A stretch of DNA of 64,000 bases from a virus, in IMG/VR virus record IMGVR_UViG_3300023240_001094, positions 9,452 through 73,451 of that record. One strand, written 5' to 3'. Numbering within the stretch: position 1 is the stretch's first letter; every line of letters begins with the position of its first letter. The notes under the pieces are model-generated. The model saw nothing but the letters and a program-made list of their open reading frames with translations. It made no database searches and was not told the origin of the DNA. Position numbers and translations under genes: made by a program. This document shows, one piece after another, positions 28,780 to 37,892 of the stretch.

Positions 28780-29007
28780 TCACCCTGAAATGTACACATC
28801 ATTTTTCGGTCGATACCAAACTTTTTGATTATGAATTCTACCGAGAAGATCATAAATTGCAGATGTTTCCTCACTAAGGTCTAAAATCTTTTTTGCCGTA
28901 GTTGGTGTCTGACAGAGCTTTGAAAGCTCCGCCAGTCTAGTATATAGTGCCTGTTCAATATGAGAAATATCGTTGACCGTGAGTTTAAAGTTTTCATTAG
29001 GTTTCAT
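28780..29007 (-). CDS. hypothetical protein
   Basis: 75 aa; LLGRIHNQKVWYRPK motif. Confidence 0.65.
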   Translation of the reverse strand: MKPNENFKLTVNDISHIEQALYTRLAELSKLCQTPTTAKKILDLSEETSAIYDLLGRIHNQKVWYRPKNDVYISG

Positions 29008-29009
29008 AT

Positions 29010-29687
29010 TTAAACCTTAACAAGATTGAAATGTTTTTCATACACGTGCAAGTTCATTACCTGCCAATGTAAGTCACCTTTTTCAACACTAACGCCATGA
29101 TAATTAAGTGAGTCTACGGCATAATCCATGAGGTACTGTGCCCATGCGTAGTCATTTTTATATCCGAACACAACATCATTTGATCGCATCTGGCTTACCA
29201 TATGAAGCTTACCGTCACGGATGTAGAACGTTTGAGCGTTGGTGCAAATAAAATCATTCTTACCATTCTCGTTAAACTCAATCCAAATTGAAGGGCGGTT
29301 ATAGATCATCTGGGCACGACGAGAGTCTGGATTAGAAACAAGCTCTTCAATAGCTTTATAATACTGTCCAAAATACTTATGTGAAAACAACAGGTGTCCA
29401 TAGTTAGAGTTAATTTCGCCATTATCGTTGGCGGTGTATTTCCACGCGGCTGGTGGTTCCTTATCTTTGTGTATATCATTAATATTTGTAGACATTGAGT
29501 TGTACCACTCAATCTCAGACTCAATGTAAGATTTGTTTGGAACACCAAAAATTGAAGGTTCATCAGCAATAAAGCTAGCACCTAAAATCTCAATTGTTTT
29601 TTGCCCAGTTTTATCTGCTGTAAAGTTTTCATTACGAAGTTCGTTTACAAAATATTCACGGATGGTTTCAACATTAGTTACTGTCAT
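29010..29687 (-). CDS. gp42: dCMP hydroxymethylase (thymidylate synthase superfamily)
   Basis: INSNYG, DSRRA, DFICT and MRSNDVVFGYKNDYAW, matching T4 gp42 including the dCMP-specifying Asp. Confidence 0.88.
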   Translation of the reverse strand: MTVTNVETIREYFVNELRNENFTADKTGQKTIEILGASFIADEPSIFGVPNKSYIESEIEWYNSMSTNINDIHKDKEPPAAWKYTANDNGEINSNYGHLLFSHKYFGQYYKAIEELVSNPDSRRAQMIYNRPSIWIEFNENGKNDFICTNAQTFYIRDGKLHMVSQMRSNDVVFGYKNDYAWAQYLMDYAVDSLNYHGVSVEKGDLHWQVMNLHVYEKHFNLVKV

Positions 29688-30105
29688 TTTTGATTAGTTC
29701 CTTTTCATATACTCTGCTTCTCAACCCTGATGAAGAAAAGCGATGATCACGTTTGTTAAAATATAGAGAGATGCCGAGTTTACGACATTCATCCTTACCA
29801 GTGAAGTCTTTGTCTTTATATTCCTCACCAAGAACTCTAACATTAATTGGGTACATTGTTATTATATCAAGAAGGTCTAATTCTGTACAATAAACAATTA
29901 TCTCATCCACATATTTTACTGCAGCAAGTTGAGTGTACCTTTCAACGATAGATTGAATTGGTGCATTTTTTTCCGAGCGGTCTTGACTTGGATCTACCTG
30001 AAGCCCACATATAAGATACTCGCATTGGTCCTTTGCTTCTCGAAGCATCTGGATATGCCCTGAATGAAGAAGATCAAAGGTTGATGCAGTGAATCCCACT
30101 TTCAT
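29674..30105 (-). CDS. TagD-like cytidylyltransferase
   Basis: FDLLHSGH (HxGH), ERY...KYVDEI and RDHRFSSS. Confidence 0.9.
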   Translation of the reverse strand: MKVGFTASTFDLLHSGHIQMLREAKDQCEYLICGLQVDPSQDRSEKNAPIQSIVERYTQLAAVKYVDEIIVYCTELDLLDIITMYPINVRVLGEEYKDKDFTGKDECRKLGISLYFNKRDHRFSSSGLRSRVYEKELIKNDSN

Positions 30106-30386
30106 TACGACGTGTATCCCTGGGAATATGATACTGTTTGATTAGCACCGGACTCTGTGTAATATATGTAAATACAAAAGCCAATAATTAGCCAGAAGAT
30201 TGTAGAATAAAAGAACACTACAATAGGGCTACGTGCCTGGCGTGACGTGGCGAACACTTTACCCTTTGGTGCAAGGATGTATCTAAACCAAAGGTAGATA
30301 CGGCCTGGGAGAGCATACAGTGTCCATAAAAGCGTAAAGCTTTGGCGGTCTAAAACGTCAGGGTTGCTGCTTCTTTTTCGTGCCAT
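30105..30386 (-). CDS. small membrane protein
   Basis: Two hydrophobic/aromatic segments. Confidence 0.6.
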   Translation of the reverse strand: MARKRSSNPDVLDRQSFTLLWTLYALPGRIYLWFRYILAPKGKVFATSRQARSPIVVFFYSTIFWLIIGFCIYIYYTESGANQTVSYSQGYTS

Positions 30387-30496
30387 GATATTACTTCCTT
30401 TTCACTGGCTTGAGTGGTTTAGTTTTCTTTTTTGTGTTCAAATTCTAGCGAATTGCACCTGATTTTGTTTTAACGAGTCTTGGCTGCTTTGCCATA

Positions 30497-30943
30497 TTAT
30501 TTTCCTTTAATTGTAAGTCCGTGAGTTTCATTTCCAGTCTTTAGAGCATCTAATACCAAGTCGCGCGGAATATATCCAATGATTTGATAATGAACTGCAT
30601 CACCAACCTCAAAGTTTTTGCTCCAATCTTTCTTTATATAACTCCATGCGACAATATTATCAATAATGCCGCGCTCAAGTTTATCTCTAATATAAGCAGA
30701 GATGGTAACTTCGCGCTTGGAGTTAACATGTTTAAAGTCACAGTTACCAAAGAATTTATGAGTTGTATCATATTCATAACCCTCATAAACTGTATGTCCA
30801 TTATTCAAGGAAGCCTGATGAAACTCAACAAACTCAAAATCCCACTGGCGGTACGGATCAATACCGGTTCGTGTATCAGTCGAGGCAATTTCGTTGCGGC
30901 GAGTGATAAAATCTTCAGTAACAATACCTTTATATTTAGTCAT
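30497..30943 (-). CDS. hypothetical protein
   Basis: 148 aa, TAATG coupling to the upstream gene. Confidence 0.65.
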   Translation of the reverse strand: MTKYKGIVTEDFITRRNEIASTDTRTGIDPYRQWDFEFVEFHQASLNNGHTVYEGYEYDTTHKFFGNCDFKHVNSKREVTISAYIRDKLERGIIDNIVAWSYIKKDWSKNFEVGDAVHYQIIGYIPRDLVLDALKTGNETHGLTIKGK

Positions 30944-31902
30944 TATATTTTCCTATATGCATATTCCAAAGCACGATTGGCTTCGATTTCAATTGGGCGG
31001 TTTTCATACCAACCACCATTTTCCATGTCAAACTGTTTGCATAGTTCAGCTATCTGTGTCGCGGTTATTGGATATTCCTTTTCAATAGCGCGGGAAGCTA
31101 TAGCAACCATCATACCATACATTTTTGCATACCATCCTGTATCAGAAATGGTTGCGTATTCAAGAGCCATTTTACGTGGCCAAAAGGGGCAATCGTGATA
31201 ACTTGACCAAAAGATGCCAGTGTTCTGCATTTGATTTTTGCGGTGGCTAACAACTTGCTCCACTAGCTCAGGTGGCAGCCTATCGAGAAATGATCCGGTC
31301 GCTTTAGCTCTTTCAACATAAGGATACGCAGAAAGAAGATCAGATACGTTAATAGGCTTACCGTTACCACTAAAAATAAAATTGTCTGCTTGGTTGTAAT
31401 TAGCAGGAACATAATACATTCGACTAAGGTCTTTACATTGCTTATCACCAGAGTCATCAAGACGTGATTGAAGTGCAAACCAAAAGTGTTTGATTTCATC
31501 AACAGATACGTCACGATCAAGTTCGAATACAAGTCTGAACTTTTTCTTATTAGGACGAGAGCTAGCAGTGCTATAACAAACAAAACGCCAATCAGGAACT
31601 AGATCACGAACGTATTCGTTTAATTCACCATCAATATCAAGGTCGTCAATATCAACAGCACACCAGCCTGCCCAAGCAGTAACATTTTTGTTGGCGCGTT
31701 TGGTTCCAGCTTCGTAAACAGCCGGAGAAATAAGTTCTGCATCTAGTTTTCCTTTCTTAGGTTGATTGGATAAAGCGTATAGGAGTTTCTCTAGCTCATC
31801 AAAGCTAGAGAAATCCATTCTGCGGTGCGTTTTGTTGTCATAAATAAAACGCTGGCGTTCATCCCACCAACGAGGTGGTTTAAATAGCGTTAGGGATATC
31901 AC
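30943..31902 (-). CDS. AEP-superfamily primase-like protein
   Basis: AVDIDD, YSTASS...KFRLVF and DKQCKDLSRMYYVP motifs. Confidence 0.65.
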   Translation of the reverse strand: MISLTLFKPPRWWDERQRFIYDNKTHRRMDFSSFDELEKLLYALSNQPKKGKLDAELISPAVYEAGTKRANKNVTAWAGWCAVDIDDLDIDGELNEYVRDLVPDWRFVCYSTASSRPNKKKFRLVFELDRDVSVDEIKHFWFALQSRLDDSGDKQCKDLSRMYYVPANYNQADNFIFSGNGKPINVSDLLSAYPYVERAKATGSFLDRLPPELVEQVVSHRKNQMQNTGIFWSSYHDCPFWPRKMALEYATISDTGWYAKMYGMMVAIASRAIEKEYPITATQIAELCKQFDMENGGWYENRPIEIEANRALEYAYRKI

Positions 31903-32305
31903 CGTGATTATCCTCGTGTGATGGAGGTGTCCAGCCGGAAGGCTTAAGAAGATCAGGAAGACCGAACGGATTTGGTCTGCCGGGCTTCACACCTGGTGAT
32001 TTTGCCATATTTGCATCATATACCTTATCCCAAGCAGTATTGGCATCAACGCCGAATACATCAAGTGTGCCAATGGCAAATACACAGAGATCGATAAGTC
32101 CATCAACTACTTCTTCAGAATCACGATCAAAAAGTGCAGCGTCAATAGTTTCATTCATTTCTTCCATACACATACTAAGTCGGAAGCGAAGATACTTCTT
32201 CATTAATTCAGTATCATGGCGGTTTTCAGCAAACCATTTTTTCACACCAAATTTGTGGTGCATCATTGCGATATCATTTGCCCAATCAGACATGTATTTC
32301 TCCAT
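31880..32305 (-). CDS. MazG-like (all-alpha) NTP pyrophosphohydrolase
   Basis: EEMNET...EVVDGLIDL, ANMAK and KPSGWTPP. Confidence 0.85.
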   Translation of the reverse strand: MEKYMSDWANDIAMMHHKFGVKKWFAENRHDTELMKKYLRFRLSMCMEEMNETIDAALFDRDSEEVVDGLIDLCVFAIGTLDVFGVDANTAWDKVYDANMAKSPGVKPGRPNPFGLPDLLKPSGWTPPSHEDNHGDIPNAI

Positions 32306-32322
32306 TATTATCAGTGATTATA

Positions 32323-33048
32323 TTATACGTTATTATGAAAGGAATGTACATGGTTAAATATGTCATTCCAATCTTGCACAGTTATTGAGGTACTGCACAT
32401 ATAGTTCTTATGCATTGCTGTAGCAAGTGGTCGGTCGTTGCCAGTGAATCCCATAGAGTCTCCAAAGAAAGCAATCTTAGAATCCAAGGTAAAATCTCGA
32501 AGAATTTGACTTTTATCGGAACCTCTTCTAGAAATGTCAAGTCCTGTTTCGCCAGCTACCGTTGCGTGTAAGCTTGGAAAGTTGCTATTAAATCTATTTG
32601 CAATGCAGGCGCGTTCCGATGTCAGTTTATCATATTTTACATATGACGCTCTATCCTCGGGTGAAGCAGATCTACCGACAACACTAAAGTTAACCATTCC
32701 GACTCGATGTTCAATGTGTTTACCTGTTCTAATACTAAATCCGCTTGCGCGTAATTCATTCACAAGAAAGGATAAAGCAATCCCTGGAAGTTCCCAAGAA
32801 TCAGAGAAAACCAATGTGTCTCCTTCATAAACCTCACTTCCACTACACTGGTAAACACGTTTACATTTGTTGTAGATAGTTTCACCAATCTGCTCTATCG
32901 TTTTAGGTCTGTCGCTGCCTGTTACCAAATAGACGTTATTGACGGAACAAAACTCTAGGAAAAGTTTTGCAAATACTGGATCCATTTTACATCTGCTCGG
33001 TGTAAGAGTTCCGTCAACATCAAATATATAATTAACCGAATATGTCAT
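32323..33048 (-). CDS. HAD-IIB hydrolase, phosphomannomutase-like
   Basis: FDVDGTLTPSR, VTGSD, IEHRVGMVNFS and FFGDS..GND. Confidence 0.85.
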   Translation of the reverse strand: MTYSVNYIFDVDGTLTPSRCKMDPVFAKLFLEFCSVNNVYLVTGSDRPKTIEQIGETIYNKCKRVYQCSGSEVYEGDTLVFSDSWELPGIALSFLVNELRASGFSIRTGKHIEHRVGMVNFSVVGRSASPEDRASYVKYDKLTSERACIANRFNSNFPSLHATVAGETGLDISRRGSDKSQILRDFTLDSKIAFFGDSMGFTGNDRPLATAMHKNYMCSTSITVQDWNDIFNHVHSFHNNV

Positions 33049-35536
33049 CCATAGTCACCTTTTCTTCTGAGGACCAATTAAGAACATCAAGAATAAGCTC
33101 GAGAGGTTCAAGAAATGTTTTGCTGAACTGTTTATCATAGTCAACATAACGATGTAGTTTAAGCTCTTGAGGAAGGAAGTTCGGGAATGATATAACATTC
33201 TGACGAATAGTGTTAGGTGTTTTAAGATAACAGAATTTGATTTTATCACCACCTTGAATTAACTCATATGATTGTTCCAAAGAACCTTCCTTAAGATAAT
33301 GATTATATAGCAAGCTACCGCGAACATGAATAGGAGTGCCCTTTGTAAAGATAGTCTTTCGGTCTGACCACTTTGCAATTTCGGTTACACCTCGTGGAAA
33401 GGCAACGGCCTCAGGTGGTAGTTGCTTAAACTCAGATTTAAATTGTGCAATGAATGACTGCGTTGCAATACGGTCACCAGTAAGCATCAACTTAAACACT
33501 TCTTTAAATTTATCACGGACAGCCTCGGGTGTAGAAGACTTAATAGCCTCAATACCCATGATTTTCATCTTAGGTTCCTTATATTGAACACCTTCTGAAT
33601 TGTGTACATTAAGGATATAGCGCTTTTTGGCAGCCCAGATACCACGATCAGCAATAACCTCTCGGGCCATAACCATGCGCTTGTCAAAGGCATTCATACG
33701 TTCATATAGACTATCGTATGACTTAGCGAGAAGAGGAATGAAATGCTCTTCACAGATTTTATCAAGAGCTTTAACCGGATCAGTTGGATTAAGCTTTTTC
33801 ACAAAGGATCCGAAGTTCACATAAACAGAGTCTGTGTCAATAGCAATAACATAATCACGGCCTGTTGTACCAAGAACCTTATTCATTTCTGCGTTAATGG
33901 TTCGCTCAGCCCATTGAATAGTCAGCTGACCAGAAAGTGTGATACCTTCAGCCATCCGCATATCGAAGTATCTGAAGTAACGGTTACCAAGAGCACCATA
34001 GAGTGAGTTTAGAAGAATTTTAATAGCCATCTGACGGTTTTCAAGCTGGTTAATTTTGCGTTCAAGCTCGACAGATTTGTTCTGTTGATACTCTTGTTCA
34101 GCCCGGAGCATCTCACCTTTAACTTGTTTACGTTCAGAGTAATAGTCAACAATAATTTTCGGAAGGAATCCTTGACGATCTTTCCTATATGCAGATCCAT
34201 TGACTGCAACAGCGACATCCATATCCAGTGCTCGTGGATCTACATCGTTGTGCATGTAATGTTCTACACCATTAATGAATCGACCATCCATGGATTTAAC
34301 AAGTGTTTCCGGTGACATGTTATATTGAACAATCAAGTTTGGGTAGAGTGAGTTAAGGTCAAAGGAAACAACCCACTCATGTGAACCAGTCTGTGGTGCT
34401 TTAACGTAGCCACCGGGATATGGATTTTTAATCTTGTTGGTATTGGCTGGGACCGCGATTTTAGACTTGTTAAGCTCACGGTAGATAATAGAGTCCCATA
34501 TACCAGTAGTACCAAATGTATCAGAATAGTTAACGCCTGCCTTATAGGCCATAGTCAAGGCAAGAGTAATCAAATCCATTTTCTCATCAATACGCTCAAC
34601 AAGTTCAACGTCTTTGATATTATAGTCAATGTACTTTTGATAGTTTTCTTTATAGAGGTTCTGTAGATTACCATATTCTTCATAGGAAAGTTTACGCTCA
34701 CCGAGAACAACATAAGCAACATGATCAAGCTTATATGACTCAAGAGCGCCATATGAATAGCCAAACTTTTTAAACAGCTCGATGTAATCTAGTTGAGAAA
34801 CACCCTTAATATCATAAGCTGTTTGCTTATTACCCATAACAGTAATTTCTTGTTGATCTACTAGGTTCCATGGAGAGAAAGCCTTAACAGCTTCTTGAGA
34901 TCCAAGGTTTGCAATACGATTAAGAATATATGGAACATCAAAGAAGCGAATATTCCATCCGGTAATCACGTCAGGATAGTCTGCCTTCCAAAAGGTAATA
35001 TACATCACGAGCATCTCAATCTCGTTCTTGGCAACATGCTCTTGAACAAGAAGATGGCTCATCTCAGACTTTGATTTATCCCACTCACCAAAGTGAAATA
35101 CGTGATACACCTTGGACTTACTTGATTTATGTGTGATCGCAGTAATTGGATGTCTTGCTTCATTTGGATGTGGAAAACCATCCTCGGAATGGACTTCAAT
35201 GTCAATGTTTGCTACATTAACCTTAGACCGGTCAAAGGTAATATCACCCGGAAATTTTGATGTGATAAACTGGTGAATAAAATTTGACGTGCCATATATC
35301 TCGGCATTGGAGATGTCGTCATACCGTTTACTAAATTCACGAGCATCCGCCATAGTATCAAAATTGATAGGTGCACATGATTTTCCGTCGATGGTTTTCC
35401 ATTCAGTTTCAGTCTGACTCGGAACAAACATAGTTGGTTTAAACTTATATTTGTTAGATACAGGCGTTCCATTCGCGGTGTATCCACGATATAGAATTGA
35501 GTTGCCGTAACGGCTAACATTGGTGTAAAAATTCAT
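33032..35536 (-). CDS. gp43: B-family DNA polymerase
   Basis: DIEV exonuclease, FDLNSLYP, KILLNSLYG, IDTDS and KKRY. Confidence 0.98.
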   Translation of the reverse strand: MNFYTNVSRYGNSILYRGYTANGTPVSNKYKFKPTMFVPSQTETEWKTIDGKSCAPINFDTMADAREFSKRYDDISNAEIYGTSNFIHQFITSKFPGDITFDRSKVNVANIDIEVHSEDGFPHPNEARHPITAITHKSSKSKVYHVFHFGEWDKSKSEMSHLLVQEHVAKNEIEMLVMYITFWKADYPDVITGWNIRFFDVPYILNRIANLGSQEAVKAFSPWNLVDQQEITVMGNKQTAYDIKGVSQLDYIELFKKFGYSYGALESYKLDHVAYVVLGERKLSYEEYGNLQNLYKENYQKYIDYNIKDVELVERIDEKMDLITLALTMAYKAGVNYSDTFGTTGIWDSIIYRELNKSKIAVPANTNKIKNPYPGGYVKAPQTGSHEWVVSFDLNSLYPNLIVQYNMSPETLVKSMDGRFINGVEHYMHNDVDPRALDMDVAVAVNGSAYRKDRQGFLPKIIVDYYSERKQVKGEMLRAEQEYQQNKSVELERKINQLENRQMAIKILLNSLYGALGNRYFRYFDMRMAEGITLSGQLTIQWAERTINAEMNKVLGTTGRDYVIAIDTDSVYVNFGSFVKKLNPTDPVKALDKICEEHFIPLLAKSYDSLYERMNAFDKRMVMAREVIADRGIWAAKKRYILNVHNSEGVQYKEPKMKIMGIEAIKSSTPEAVRDKFKEVFKLMLTGDRIATQSFIAQFKSEFKQLPPEAVAFPRGVTEIAKWSDRKTIFTKGTPIHVRGSLLYNHYLKEGSLEQSYELIQGGDKIKFCYLKTPNTIRQNVISFPNFLPQELKLHRYVDYDKQFSKTFLEPLELILDVLNWSSEEKVTMDDIFG

Positions 35537-35611
35537 AGTGCCTCCATAATTATATACATTATATCATGCTACAGTAAATCTGTAAACACGTCTCACATCA
35601 AATGGCACGTA

Positions 35612-35854
35612 TTATTTTAGCCTGTCTTGATCAATTTTTTTGTAGATATCGTATTTACGCATCTCATAGTGACGGTCCACAATATCATTTAGAGTCTCTT
35701 GAGCTTCAATAGCCGTGTCAAACTCAAAGCCGTCATGAACGTGATTAATAATAGTCCAAAACTGCTCTTTGTCCATAGATGTCATACAATAAATAGACAT
35801 CGCAGCCATCATAAAATCGAACTCTGTTAGCTCGCTGTAAGCGTCGTCTTCCAT
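35612..35854 (-). CDS. late hypothetical protein
   Basis: GGAGG SD inside a hairpin overlapped by a late promoter. Confidence 0.7.
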   Translation of the reverse strand: MEDDAYSELTEFDFMMAAMSIYCMTSMDKEQFWTIINHVHDGFEFDTAIEAQETLNDIVDRHYEMRKYDIYKKIDQDRLK

Positions 35855-35858
35855 AAGA

Positions 35859-35893
35859 AAATACCTCCATACTATTGTATAGAGGTATTTATA
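35859..35893 (-). promoter_or_regulatory. SD-sequestering hairpin overlapped by late promoter TATAAATA
   Basis: AAATACCTCTATAC-aata-GTATGGAGGTATTT; promoter at 35893-35886. Confidence 0.8.
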
Positions 35894-35910
35894 GTCATAT
35901 ATGATGTGAA

Positions 35911-36273
35911 TTAAGCAGCGAAGCGCATTTCTGCTGATTCAGCGCTACACTTAAACATTTTACCAGTTGAAGCACATTTGTATACAAATGGCATTTTGTG
36001 AGCGCGAGTGTTATATGAAGTAAGCACATCACCGTGCTTGTTTTTCATAACCAAACCACGGGCTTTAGCCATTGTCTCAACCAGCTGAGTTGAACGTGAT
36101 ACAGCACCTTTAATTTTTGCTTCAACCTTGATAGTAACTTCAGCATCAGAGAACCGCATACTGCCAACAGAGATATCCAAACCAGATTTTGTTCCATACT
36201 TATCAAGTACAGCCTCCATTTCGGCGCGAAGAGCTTTGAGAGTTGCTTTGTCGAATTTTGCGATCTTTGTCAT
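35911..36273 (-). CDS. early hypothetical protein
   Basis: Directly after early promoter 36300-36328 with a GGAGA SD. Confidence 0.75.
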   Translation of the reverse strand: MTKIAKFDKATLKALRAEMEAVLDKYGTKSGLDISVGSMRFSDAEVTIKVEAKIKGAVSRSTQLVETMAKARGLVMKNKHGDVLTSYNTRAHKMPFVYKCASTGKMFKCSAESAEMRFAA

Positions 36274-36299
36274 TGTGTTTATCTCCATTTGATATATTA

Positions 36300-36328
36300 G
36301 TTATACCATACGCCGAGATAGATGTACA
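36300..36328 (-). promoter_or_regulatory. early promoter TGTACA-N17-TATAAC
   Basis: Repeated motif. Confidence 0.8.
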
Positions 36329-36349
36329 CAGTTATTCTTGATTTTTGTG

Positions 36350-36374
36350 AAAAAAATAGGCCCGAAGGCCTATT
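36350..36374 (-). terminator. Rho-independent terminator
   Basis: AATAGGCC-cgaa-GGCCTATT (UUCG loop on -) plus a U-run. Confidence 0.85.
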
Positions 36375-36380
36375 CAATTA

Positions 36381-36524
36381 TTATACCCAACCTCTAAGTT
36401 GGTTGTTTTGTACTGCTCTCATACGACGTTCAAGATCAGCTAGGTCTGTTGCCTTTGCGTAGTATGCTTCTTCCATTTCACGTTGTGTTTTTGGAGTCAG
36501 TGCATTGAGTATTTTCTTAAACAT
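36381..36524 (-). CDS. small protein, DUF3563-like (47 aa)
   Basis: EEAYYAKATDLADLERRMR; not in the ORF track. Confidence 0.65.
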   Translation of the reverse strand: MFKKILNALTPKTQREMEEAYYAKATDLADLERRMRAVQNNQLRGWV

Positions 36525-36774
36525 CTTCGAGATTCCTTCCTTTTACCATAGCCAATACTTCATGAAATGAATAGTTTCTATATTCGCTTCTATGTAGCAT
36601 ATCAGCAATCATATAATCAGCTTTATTTTGCTGGCCATCCATGATTACTTTCAATAGTGTAGAAAAGGATTTTCCGATTGCTCTAGAGAGTCGTGCGGTT
36701 CCCGAGGTGATCATGGGTAGGATATCCATTATCACTTTCGTTAAGTAGTTGTGAGTCAGTAGTATGTGTGTCAT
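36517..36774 (-). CDS. hypothetical protein
   Basis: GAGG SD before MTHILL. Confidence 0.6.
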   Translation of the reverse strand: MTHILLTHNYLTKVIMDILPMITSGTARLSRAIGKSFSTLLKVIMDGQQNKADYMIADMLHRSEYRNYSFHEVLAMVKGRNLEDV

Positions 36775-36817
36775 TTGAGACCTCGTTTTTTCCAATTGAA
36801 ATTTTACGAGGACGCTG
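36737..36817 (-). pseudogene. displaced 3' end of hsp20
   Basis: Reads QRPRKISIGK...DSQLLNE versus the current hsp20 end MKPKKIKIGNSQLLTE. Confidence 0.65.
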
Positions 36818-36861
36818 ATATGTATAAATAGTGTTGTAAAAACTATTTATAGGAATTTAAT

Positions 36862-37413
36862 ATGAAACCTTATAGAAAAATCTGGATTGATAATTTTGGT
36901 AATATTCCAACCGATGATGATGGTAGATCATTTGAAATACACCACATTGATGGGAATAGTTTAAACAACAATATCTCTAACCTAAAATGCGTCAGTATAA
37001 AAGAGCACTACGAAATACATCTTCAACAAGCAAATAAACCCCAGGATCTAAAAGAGATAAGATCCAAAGCAACAACAAATATGCATAAAAAACTTTTAGC
37101 TGAAAACCAACATTGGACAAAAACTGATGAATTTAAACAAAAAATATCTAAAATATCATCAGAAAGAAATAAAAGATTAGTTGATGAAAAAACTCATAAT
37201 TTTGTCACAAACAATCCAAGTGTTAAACTGTCCAAGGCTAGTCAACATAATTGGCAAAAAGCTAAAAATACAGTACCCTGTTATGATAAAAATGGCAACT
37301 ACTTGAGAATACCATCCGATGTTTTTCACTCCCAGCAAGGCCCTAAGGAATGCTGGGAATATGTGCATAATACTAGCATAGAAGGAAAAAAACGTAAATC
37401 ACTCAGTGAGTAA
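36862..37413 (+). mobile_element. free-standing HNH homing endonuclease
   Basis: EIHHIDGNSLNNNISNLKCVSIKEHYEIH; late promoter at 36823-36830; overlaps the hsp20 stop. Confidence 0.88.
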
Positions 37414-37836
37414 CTGAGAATTACCAATCTTTATTTTCTTAGGTTTCATTTCCTCTGGGATGGCATACTTCAATTGAATTGCTAGAATGCCGTCTTGAAT
37501 ATCTGCTCCGTGGACTTCCACGTGTTCAGACAATCGAAAGGTGCGTTTGAATTTCTTCGTGGAAATACCACGGTGAATATACTCGCGACCTTTTGATACA
37601 TGATCACCTGTTACTGTAAGAGTTCTATCATGTAGCTCAATATTAATACCCTCTTTGCTGAAACCAGCAATGGCAAGTTCGATTATATAATCTGATTCGC
37701 CATTTTTAAGAATATTGTGAGGTGGATAGTTGTCATACGCGTGTTTTGTAACATGATCCAACTCTTTGAAGAGGTGGTCAAATCCTACAAAAGCTGCAGG
37801 TGGAAATGCGGTTGTGTTGATTCGTCTGCTTGTCAT
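37399..37836 (-). CDS. hsp20: small heat shock protein (Hsp20/IbpA family)
   Basis: NYPPHNI, ELAIAGF, YIHRGIS...FKRTFRL, DGILAI and KIKI. Confidence 0.94.
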   Translation of the reverse strand: MTSRRINTTAFPPAAFVGFDHLFKELDHVTKHAYDNYPPHNILKNGESDYIIELAIAGFSKEGINIELHDRTLTVTGDHVSKGREYIHRGISTKKFKRTFRLSEHVEVHGADIQDGILAIQLKYAIPEEMKPKKIKIGNSQLLTE

Positions 37837-37892
37837 TTCATTCTCCTTTTTCAAGCAAGATTGTGTGGAGCCAGATTATTCTGCGCTCCACC
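37837..37892 (-). promoter_or_regulatory. ROSE-like RNA thermometer in the hsp20 5' UTR
   Basis: UCUU-G-CUU-GAAA-AAG-GAGA hairpin (UUGCU motif pairs with the SD, bulged G) preceded by a GC-rich hairpin. Confidence 0.78.

Noticed and set aside
29010-29687. Canonical ThyA thymidylate synthase
   Set aside because: Motifs match T4 gp42 (DFxCT, FGYKND) and thyX is present separately
30391-30495. Genome-wide TAG recoding
   Set aside because: Core genes are full length in the standard code and TAG ends several genes normally
30584-31198. 204-aa plus-strand ORF and similar antisense ORFs (e.g. 50294-50815, 53537-53956)
   Set aside because: Shadows of minus-strand genes with no SD, promoter or recognisable motifs
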